A stretch of 64,000 bases of DNA, taken from the NCBI GenBank assembly GCA_963924565.1, contig OZ004609.1:6262001-6326000 (forward strand), written 5' to 3'. The stretch comes from Ascidiella aspersa (Eukaryota). This document shows, one piece after another, positions 54,101 to 64,000 of the stretch; within the stretch, counting starts at the first letter, position 1, and each line of letters begins with the position of its first letter. Under the pieces are notes generated by a model. It was not told where the DNA came from and did no database searches. It saw only the letters and a list, made by a program, of their open reading frames with translations. The position numbers were made by a program, and so were the translations under genes.

Positions 54101-57100
54101 CTTCTTTTCACGATCGACTGAATAAAAGTGTTGACGTATTTGTTGTAAGATCGAAACTAAGGTTTGACGATTAGACGTCTGGAAATTTCAAGACTTCCAC
54201 ACGAAGACGGCAAGGTTTTGTTCAGAGATTTTTTGTTTGGAGACCAGGATTTTTGTTTGGTGGCCATGAAAAACATTCTCATGAGTGATGTCAAAAATTA
54301 CGTCACAATGTGACCCCACAAGTTCGTTATACACCTATTTCGAAATGCGACGTGTTTTTTATATTAAAAAACGGCAAATCGCGTGTAGCGTGAAAGTTTC
54401 CTTCGTGTTGGCTTACATTCAAACACTATCATTTCACAGGATCGAAAGGCTCACTGGCTCAACGATTTAAACAAAACGGGTTAAGACATACGAGAAACAT
54501 AATTAAGATTCGCGCGTCAAATCTTTTTTATTCATTTAATTAGTTTAAACACGCAAGGAATAAACGTTTGGGCGCATGACAATGCATGATCCCTACTGGT
54601 TTTGTAGAATTTACCATGACCGTTTTTAACTGGTAGTATAACGTTTAAACAAATTGTCCAATATTATTGTCTAAGAGTCATCATGTATTTAAAACAAGTG
54701 ATAGTAGCAAATTTTCCAGAAACATTTTGTTTGTCATTCGAAGTAAAAAATAGTAAATAAACTTAGATATTTTGGGCTTGTTGCTCTAAAGGTGGTTCTA
54801 TATATCTAAAAAGCGTCCAATAGTTATAAATATTTTGCAATATTTATTTTAACCATTAAAATTGTGATTTTTTTATACCTGAAAGACTTTCCGGTCGAGC
54901 GACCAAAGACTGGCGTCAGACTTTGCCTTGACCGAGGCCGTTCGTTTGCAGTTGTACAGGATGGCCAGCTCCCCGAAGAGGGTTCCCGGGTCAAGGTCGA
55001 CCACGTGCACGTGCCGCGTGCCCTTGGAGTGGAATACTTCGACCTTGAAAGAGTGTGAACGCTCGGTTAGTCAAGCGCGAACGAAGATACCCGGTTTGAC
55101 ACCGCAAGTGCTTCGAGTGCGCACTGGGCCGTTTAACAAAACTGAAATGCTCTCTTTGGGCCACATTTTGGGCTTTTAACACTTGACCAATTTTTATAAT
55201 TATACTTACCATACGAAGCCAACGCTATAACTGTTTTCTTCGGCGGATTTAAAAGACATAAATAGTAGAAGAAAATCAGAGAAGGGCTCATTTCTGGCGG
55301 CCATGGAAACCGTTCACGGTATAAAATCGTAAACTCAGTTGTTGGCCTTGGATTTCGACAAGTGGCGCAATAATCACTCGCGGTGTTTTTCAATCCTCTA
55401 ATGACTGGGCCAAGTATTGCCCTTGACACGAACTTACACTTGGCGGTTGATTTGGTTGAACAACAAGTCACATAAAAACACTAGAGTGGCGCAATTTGAT
55501 TTCACTGCGGTCTGCTAGGATCCCGTGGGGTTAAGATAAGCAGCTGAATGACGTAACACCACATTTCAAAACAATTCAACTGCTGGTTTCTCTCGGCAAT
55601 TTTGATGGTGCATATGTAAAAAGATTAATACTAATAAAAAAAAAGGTTAAAATGATATTTTCCTTGTAATAATGGCTAGCCCCTAATATTTATTTACATT
55701 GTTTGGTTTATTTTTAACATAACACAAGCATGCAAGTTACAAGGTGGGTGTAAACTTGTCGTAGTTTGATTGAACACAACTCTTATGCTTTGGTTTACCT
55801 CACAAAAAATACGTCATTTTAAGTTATGGGTTTCTTTAGTTCGTATACTGTTGGCCTAATGGACTGACATAAACAATATAATAAACAGATCTGTTGTAAA
55901 ATAAAAATAAATAGGGACAAAACTGCCTTAGTTACCCTTACATGAACTCCCGTTAACCTATTTTTGCGCAACATGCTTTGTTGGCACAAGGAAACAAGGT
56001 AAATACGAAATATATAAATATAATTGCAAATGGAAGCCATCGTAAACATTGCAACATAATTAGCTTGTGTAGGACACTTTAAACGTGCCTAGCCTACAGC
56101 CAAAGGCATGGCAACTTTGTTTGACCGAATCATTAATTGTGCAACGATTGATTTGACAGGTGGGTGTTAAAAGTCTACCTTATCATATAAGCAGCAACTC
56201 AACCTTACTAACTTTCGAACTTTGGTTGTTTATCCGGCAGCGGTGATAAGATTGAAAAATTAAGACGGAATAGGAACTAAACACTTTAGAATACGAGGTA
56301 ATCCAGGGATTTGTGCAATTTAAATTCAAACCTGGCCCCAGTTTGTCACGAAATCACTGCTAATTTTTCCATCCCTAACCGTTGGAACCAAGCCCATTGC
56401 CAACCCTAATATAAACCAATGGCAAACACCGCTGCTAAAAAAAGGGCTAAATCGTCCTATTCCCTATTGGTTTGAAAATTATTTAGCAAATTGATACTTT
56501 CTTCGTGGCTCATTTAAACGGGTTTAGATTTTTATTCCGATAGGTGAGTTTTTTATTTATACTTTTATTATTTATTTCGTCTTAATGGACCACTGTCTAA
56601 ATTGTTGCTTAATAACTCTCATTTTGTATTCCCGGTCATACCTTCCCAGCTTCGAGCACGTAAAGTTGATTGCCGTACTCGCCCTCGGTGATCACGTGAC
56701 TACCTTTGGTCACGGTCTGGTGAGCCATGCAGTCCATCAGCTGTTGAACTTGGTTGGCGTCGAGGCCCTTAAGGAAGACGTTGCCGCCGAACGCTTTGCG
56801 GATTTGCGAGATCTGTGTGGCGGTTTTCGGTACAGCTTGAACCTATACGAAAGCGGTTAGTGTTAAATATTTCAGTGCTGATATAAGTAAGGGAACAGCA
56901 CAAGAAATACGGTTTATCGTTTGTAAAGCCTGTTGACATTTATCTGCGTACAGCATATTTACCTATATTACTTATAGGGTGTTTTTGTATAGTATACGAT
57001 GCGGTATTAAAATACAGCTTTGATACAACATTTAAATTGGTCATGGAATAGTGACGACGTTAAACACTACAGATTTTTGTTTAATACTATGCATATATTA

Positions 57101-60100
57101 TACCGAAAGTTTATCGATATATGTTTTTGCTTGTGATGATTTTCGTCCATACTTAGGCACAATGTATTAAGAAACTTTTATCCTGGCAAATATAACTTCA
57201 ATTAGTAGCTTTAAAAACGACAGGAAAAAGTTCACCCTATAGGATAACTGGTTAATAATATGCATTCCTCAACTCATTATCTTAAAGATTTATCCAAAGG
57301 AACGCCCAGCACTGTAAAGTTTTATCCAACGTTCACATCACATGCTGTAAAGTTCGAATAAAAGATTCGTACTGGCGTTTTACATAATTTTGTTTAACCT
57401 GTCCGAGGCATTCTGCCTTAACATAAAAATAGGTATGCCATAAACTTACATGAACGCTTTTCGAGGAGCGGTTCTCGGCCGAAATTCCGAATCTCGTGTT
57501 CTTGGCGTCCGGAGTCACTTCACGGACATTAAGGAGCTTCGTTGCCCGGGAAACAATGTCCTCCGAGATTCCGTCCTCCTCCTCAATCGGAGTCTGGGAT
57601 CCGTTGGGGCTCCAAAGGGCTCGGAGCCGCCGGATCTCCGAGTCCTTTTCACGGATTACCATCTCGACGGTTTCCTTAACAACTGAAACCTGGAAGAAAG
57701 CAAATGAGAATGAGAGCATTTCGTTCAAACAAATCGTTTGTTTTACAACTTGTTTGCAATCTTCAATCTTTAAAGTGCAACAATCAAAATTGTGTTCAAA
57801 GGGCGTTTTGCTTATTACAATCAGATCTAAAATCAAGAGGGATTTTTACAAAGTTATATATATATAAATTACTGGCAAAAAACACCATTTGGATAATGGG
57901 TAAATTTAGAACACATTTTACACACTTTGCATGTTTGCATTGTAGAGGTAAATCCGAGCATGATTTTTTAAATTAAGATGGGATTTTTCAAGTATTTAAA
58001 TGTTTTCGAATCAAGCTTTGAGTTACGAATGTAAAATGTTTTTAGTTGTGATGTTAAACCGCATTAAAAGCGCTCTATCTATTTTTCTAATGCCGACGTC
58101 TTTTAAGTTTTCAATTTTATAATATGATGGTTGTAATGTATTGCATCTATTTCATAAGTATTTTGCATAGCATTCAAGATTGCTTTAATCCAGTTTAAAG
58201 AAAGGTTGGTCACAATTATCAAAGTAATACAACCTATAGGTCACACTTCACGTATCAGTTCATCTGATAAACCAGCGCGACCCAAATGCACATAGGACTA
58301 TTAATTCAAATATATAGCGTTGTTGCCAATCTTCATCGAAATTTATCGGAAATGTGTTGAATTGTGCAGTGCGATGAGCTGGCTAACACATATTAACATC
58401 CTGTCGGCTGTATGTGTTGTTACTCGCATTTACCTGCGACTCCTTGTCGTTTCGAGACTGCATCAACTGTCGCTGTAGCGACTTGATCACATCTTCTTTT
58501 TCACTGAGACGCGTCTGGAGTTGCCGGAGCTGCCGCTGTACATGTAAAAAGATGGAAAAAATGGTATATATGCAATATGTATATGGCCGTGGCGAGCTAT
58601 ATCACTTAATTTCTAATGCATCGTTTCTTGGTCGAAGTGTTTAAATGATAAATCGTTGATTTGAAATAAACAAACGCTAATCGGAGTTTATTTTGTTAAC
58701 ATTAAGCGACTGCAATTTTGCGCATTCCAAGAAAATCGATACATGTTGTTATAGTTGTTGCGATTTGTTATCTGAGCCGCGCTAACCGCGAAATAACGAA
58801 ATTATGATCTTGATGCATCTTGGTTTAATTAAACTGTGTTTGTTGTTCTCTGGGGCAAAGGAAGATTACGAAATTTAAAATCAGTCGCTGGTTAAACCTT
58901 AACCATCTTAGGTCTAGCTGTTTTGGGGGGATACGAAACTGTACTTAATTTTCATAGTTGCAGTTGCACGTTAGAAGTTTGTCCATTTGCGAAATACAAA
59001 TCGGTAATTGTAAGTGTAAAGTAAGGTTTGACTTTACTTATGAAATCACAACCGTGCCGTACATTTCAGTAGCATCAGACGTAGTAATCTATAGAAGCAA
59101 CTGAGTTTCTGAGACGTGAGTATTACTTCCTCGGTGTGAATCAATTAATCACGTGATGCGCGGCTGAGGTTATTGAGTGTATAGAGCTCGACTAAGTTTC
59201 AGGATTTCCTTTAGAAACCTCATCGGACGTCAGCCCCAGTGTGTCAACACCAGTTGCTGCATTAAGTGCGACTAACTAAGCCTGATCATGGTTGACGAAT
59301 TCCCAATTGATATATAACTTAGTTTATGATAAGAAAACGGCAATTTAGAAAATAGCGTACTCCGGTTTAATCTCGCGCACTGGTTTAGTCAGAGAAGAGT
59401 ATCTAGCAGCTCCAATAACAGACTACAGCAGTAGTTCGTAACTCGTATTATTCTCCCTATCAAGTACGATTTTCCAGATTCACCCTAAACGTACCCAATA
59501 ATCTTTAAAAGCAGAATAATAGGACGATATCACGATAAACGTTTAGTTGAAGAAACATAAATAAAATAAGGGTTTACCATCACCCCATTGTACACGATTT
59601 TAAGAAAATAAACACCCCACAAAAGAAGAAATACACCCTGCGGTGATCATGTTCGAATAAAAAAATGGAATGGCCTAAAGTGCAGACCAAACTGTACTTA
59701 CTTTTAGCGTTTCGACAAGCTGAGCCTCTGGGTTTTCAGAATTTCCAGTCGTCGCCATTTCGTAGCGGTCGGTGGCCTCTTTGGCTTGCTTTGCTAGTCT
59801 GTTAACGGGAAGCAATTTCAGGGCGGATAAAAAAACAGCTGAAAGATGCGAACCGACTGAATGCAAACAATGGCCGAACGACAGGTTCAATTTTAACCTG
59901 TGGTTAGAGGCTATCTCACTTGGAATTCAACTACACGCCACTCTACTCGGGGTGAGGTTTTACGTCACAAATCTGTCTAATTTTCAATTTAGCCTTCTCT
60001 GCAACATGGCATTCGATTAAAAAAGCAATGAACCAGACAGCTCACGGTATAAATATGATCTTTTAAATAGCCCGAACGAATATCTACTTTTAAGGCTGGT

Positions 60101-62589
60101 AAAGCTACAGCGAACTGCACAAGACAAATGCATTGGTAATTAATCTTCTATCGACTTATATCTCAAAAGAGATACTAGCAAAGGTTGCTACATTAAGAAC
60201 ATCAACCACAGATGTTTAGTTAACTCACTTTCACCCAGTCTTTAACATGACCGAAACATTTGATCTATTAGTTAGGGCGATTGTCCGTTGAGTTTACTAA
60301 CAAAACATGAACAATATGGGCCGCGGGCGTAATGACCGAAAAACTGGTTAAGCTGTCCTGACAAATTTGGCCTTTTTAGACAAACACTTACTTGGCTATT
60401 TTGATGTCTTTTTCTTCGGCTTCGCGTTGCAATCTTTCGACCAAGTTAGTCAGCTGACTTCTCCACTCGTGCAAGTGACTGTCCATCGTTGGCTTGGAAT
60501 CGTCTACAACACAAACCACGTCCGAGTAAAGCCATTGCCATTGTTTTAACGTTCACTTGCTTAACGCTGGCTCCTATAGTTTAGGCATGAATGCGATTTG
60601 TGGCTTCTGGTAGCGATATGCTTGGACGCCTGTCACCAGACGTTGTAATACAGCTTCGAGCTAAGTTCCCCTTTTTTCTAACCTCATCACGTCTCTTGTG
60701 TGTGCGCTCTATTCCAATTCGTGTGTACAGTATGACGTCATTTGGTTAGCGGGTTTTGATACTGTGACGTATCCGCTACGCTCGGACGCGCGTTATCATT
60801 ATTCGCGACGAACAAAATGCCACTTTCAGACGTTACAAGTTTGAAGAAAATCGCTCGGATGAAAAACGCGATAATATTTGAAGGGTTTGCTACCTTCGCG
60901 GTCGAGCTTACTCAAACAACTCATGCCTTGATTAAAATCTAAGGGTAGATACGGCCGCACGTCAGGAGTAAGCAAATATTTTTCATAAAAGGCAGGGAAA
61001 GTTGTAAGGAATGCCGATCGCCGGCCGGATAACTGTAAGAAGTTGGTATAATATACCAAATCCTTATAGGAGAAACCTCCGATGTACATTAAAGCCATCT
61101 TTATATTTATACCCCAAACGCAATGTCCCAATGCTGAAACCGAACCAGGTTTAGTCGTATAGGACAAGGGTCACCAAACTCAATTCCCCCAAAGCCATAT
61201 AACCGTAGACTCGCGATGGGCGGGCTCATAAAGTTGTGCGTCGAATTTGGTTGACTTACATTTGTTTACAAAATGAAACATATATAAATTATTTAACAAC
61301 TACAATAGTGATGATCAGAAATTGCCGTTTAGTTTTATCCAAATTAATTGGTTGGTGTTATGCTGATTAACTTCCAACAACCTTTGTTTTAGCTAAAATC
61401 CCGCGATGCGGGAAAATGTACTTTGTGGGTCGCTTCTGACTGTGATTTATTGACCATTTTCATAAATAAACAGCACTTAGTCGTTATAAGGACTGGCGAC
61501 CGCCGACGGTAAATAGTTCTTGTATTAGGTAACGATGGAAAAACTTTTGGAGAATCCACTGGTGTACATTCTTTATAACAATGAACAAAATACAGTGGCC
61601 AAATGCTAAAACCGGGGAAAATTTTAATCCTGTAAGACATAGGCCCAATAGCTCTAATGACTGGCGATATTAATAACTTAAAATTTTTGGACGAATGAAA
61701 CATAATCAAATTATTTAGCAGCTTAAATAGTGATTTTTAACGTTATGTTCGCAATTTCATCCACTGATTTGGATCGGTATCCGACAGTCTAATCCGTTGA
61801 TTAAATTTCAACAACCTTTGTTTCAGCTAGAACGGCGCAATGCGGAAAAATGTATTCTGGGTCGCTCCCGAACGTGATTTGTTGAAGATTTCCTTAACTA
61901 AACGGTACTTACTCGTTGTATGGACTGGCAACCTCTGGCCAAATATTTCTTCTAACATTTAAGAATAGCAAAATTTTAGGAGAAATCACTGGTCTACATT
62001 CTTCGCAACAATGACCAAATACAGTTCCCAAATGCTAAAACCGGAGAAATTTTTATTCCTGTAAGACAGAGGCTCCAAAGGGGCGGAAAGTAGTAATGAC
62101 CGGCGATTTTATTCACTTAAAATATTTGACCGAAGGAAAAATATGAAATCATTTAGCAATTTAAATAGTGATAGTTATAAAATGAACGTTTACATCGCAA
62201 TTTCATCAAACTTGTTTTGATTGATATCCTACGACCTATTTCGTTGAATAACTTTTAACTTCGTTTTCCTAAAGATAAAGATGCCGCGATGCGCGAAAAT
62301 TTACCCTGTAGGTCGCATCTGGCCGCAATTTGTTGAACATTTCGTTAAATAAACAGCACTTACTAGTTTCCGGGTGTCCAGGCTTTGTAGGCTGAGCTCC
62401 CATTCCAGGATGTTCACCAGAGTCCTTATCGTTTTCCGATCGGACGCTACCTTTCTTGCCAGCAGCCGTCGGTTTCTTAGAGCTTTTAGACTTGGAGCTT
62501 GAAAAGTCGGCAGCGGCTGTTCCAGAAGCGGAATCGGCTCTGGCCGAACGGCGCCCATGCTTTTGCTGTGTTGAACCCGCGATGCCCAT
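39125..62589 (-). CDS. PRKG: cGMP-dependent protein kinase (PKG), ~933 aa, 18 exons
   Basis: Phase-consistent exons 62589-62364, 60503-60392, 59798-59702, 58535-58434, 57689-57450, 56842-56642, 55043-54879, 54117-53896, 52885-52828, 48808-48678, 47885-47842, 47480-47344, 46682-46567, 44432-44239, 43230-43024, 41560-41445, 40335-40172, 39394-39125. Coiled coil, pseudosubstrate [43 protein letters not shown], kinase GQGGFG / YRDLKPEN / DFGFAK / [11 protein letters not shown], tail GWDESF*. The 5'-most exons are less certain than the core. Confidence 0.93.
41728..42480. mobile_element. hAT-type element family A copy 2 (internally deleted relative to copy 1)
   Basis: Same TIRs and body as 5190-6177; TSD TTTTTGAC/CTTTTGAC. 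Confidence 0.9.
49177..49500. mobile_element. Family B GACTT MITE, truncated
   Basis: Starts CAGTGTTGCAGTGACTCAAGTC; GACTT repeats; right TIR missing. Confidence 0.65.
51314..52675. mobile_element. hAT-type element (GGGTGAAC motifs) containing a nested element at 51527-52429
   Basis: CAGTG...CACTG ends with perfect TSD GTGTACAC; inner element shares ends and 5' body with 11197-12360. Confidence 0.85.
53442..53858. mobile_element. Family B GACTT MITE
   Basis: CAGTGTTGT / ACAACACTG TIRs; TSD TGAAAATA/TGAAAAAA; ends 37 nt from a PKG splice donor. Confidence 0.85.
60733..60740. promoter_or_regulatory. Perfect CRE palindrome TGACGTCA (half-site nearby at ~60764) upstream of PKG exon 2
   Basis: Motif match in a CpG-rich patch; the same octamer also occurs inside repeats elsewhere, so weak. 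Confidence 0.3.
61270..62370. repeat. Diverged tandem repeat, ~430-450 bp period, 2.5 units, in PKG intron 1
   Basis: ATTTAxCAxxTxxAATAGTGAT at 61291, 61713, 62151; donor-site block at 61480, 61912, 62363. Confidence 0.85.
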
Positions 62590-64000
62590 TCTTTTGTCGG
62601 CCGCGTTCCGTTCTAATTGTCCGCGAACGCTTGCTCAATATTTGCGCGCGGCGAAATAAAAGCGCACCGGCGTCGATTAGAATCGTCGCGAGCAAAGTGA
62701 GACCGACCTTCAGTCGTAACTTTCGCCATTTGCACCTATTAACGCCATCCTCATATAGGTCTATGTGCCGAACGGCAATAACACTGCGCAACAAAAGAAG
62801 AGTTGACGAGAATTGAGCGTTAAACGGATCTCTCACACGATGTTTGCCCACATAATCCCGCTCGACAATGTGTCTCGCCGTTATACCTATTGTGGTAAAG
62901 CGAGACCCCGTTTATAAGGCCTGTGAGTAGCCCTTGAAAATATTTGTTTTTTTGTCAAAGTACCAGTCGCTTCGAGTGGCGTAACGCGGTCTACAAGTAG
63001 CGCAGTAGGCGGTCGTACTCGACTCGGCTTTTTTGCTGAACGGATTACGAGATAAGCCTCTTGCTGAGCTTTAAGCACGTTTGTTTAGATGCGTTTTGCG
63101 CGTGGCGGCGATAAATGGAGTAGGGTATGGTTGTTGGTTGGGGTTTTGTTATTTTTAAGGAAATAGCACTGCACCAATAACTATAGTACATTTTTGAACT
63201 TTTTGTCGCCGGAAACTTCTCAAACTGACAATTCTGCGTTTTTCGTAGAGGTTTTTCTTTTTATGTGAGCATTGCCGTAGTTTTGAAGTAAAACGAACAG
63301 TTTGGTTACATTTAGAAATCGAAAAAAGAAAGTTTTTTGACTAAGGAACGAAAATTGTGTTTATGAGAACTTTGATTAATTTAAGAAAGAAAAGTTTCAG
63401 ATGATACCTTTTTCTCCAATTTTCTCTCACAAGTTCACCGATTTTCATTCAATTGTTTATTCACCTTAGAAAATCTTTGTTCATACTTCAGATATGTTTC
63501 AGACAACTATTGCAAACGATATGGGTAATGCGACATTGTCGGTGTTTGCCAAGACGATAGTAAATGTTTCAGGTAAAACGCCTAACTAATTTTAAAATTA
63601 TTATATTTCAGCTATTACTCGGATAAAGCCTAGTTTTTAATTTTTTGCCTTAAGGTGCGCGCTTTTTTTAATTTATTGAATAAAGAATTAGAATTAGAAT
63701 TATATCCTTAATATATCAACAGGGACTGTACAGTAAGTGAATTTCAACATTAGTACAGTGATTCTTAACCCATGGGTCGCGACCCAAAATTGTGTCGCGG
63801 TTTAATTTGTTTGGGTCGCTAACTGCATTAATTTTATATCAGTGATTCTCAACCTTTTTTAGACCCAGAGCCGCATTTCAAACCTAAGGATTGCAAGGAG
63901 CCGCATAAAAAACAACAGTAGGCATATAATGAAAAAACATTAAAATAGCAACAAGAAAACAACAAATATACATCACGCTAGCCTAGGCTAACTAATTAAC

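Noticed and set aside
39043-58644. Plus-strand ORFs overlapping PKG exons (e.g. 39150-39422, 53902-54174, 57496-57867)
   Set aside because: Antisense shadows of GC-rich coding exons.
60826-61709. ORFs 60826-61167 and 61389-61709 as nested genes
   Set aside because: No recognisable motifs; frame not preserved in the neighbouring repeat unit.
1182-62589. All genes on one strand, suggesting an operon
   Set aside because: Intergenic gaps are 1-4 kb with separate TATA/polyA candidates; tandem duplication explains much of the co-orientation.
62486-63078. ORFs upstream of PKG exon 1
   Set aside because: GTG starts, no homology evident; CpG-rich promoter/5' UTR composition explains the open frames.

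Overview
AT-rich eukaryotic (animal) genomic DNA with compact GT-AG introns and many small non-autonomous DNA transposons; an invertebrate, possibly a tunicate (inference from style only). All recognisable genes lie on the minus strand and were assembled by hand with phase-consistent splice junctions. (1) ~1.2-9.4 kb: Pro/Met-rich protein with two tandem Myb/SANT-like (trihelix/MSANTD) domains; 3' end unresolved. (2) 12.9-25.0 kb: secreted astacin metalloprotease with an antistasin-like Cys module in its prodomain and four C-terminal ShK domains. (3) 26.1 and 29.0 kb: two GNAT acetyltransferases with intronless coding regions, resembling insect-type arylalkylamine N-acetyltransferases but with altered catalytic residues. 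(4) 31.3-34.9 kb: orphan ShK exons of a diverged paralogue, followed by a recent near-identical copy of the astacin upstream region and GNAT 5' region with most of the GNAT deleted. (5) 39.1-62.6 kb: 18-exon cGMP-dependent protein kinase (~933 aa) with a myristoylation-type first exon, extended coiled coil, a PKA-like second nucleotide pocket and a duplicated splice-donor block in intron 1. Introns carry hAT-type MITEs with 8-bp TSDs (some nested), a hairpin repeat family and a Tc1/mariner remnant. No rRNA, intact tRNA or CRISPR seen.
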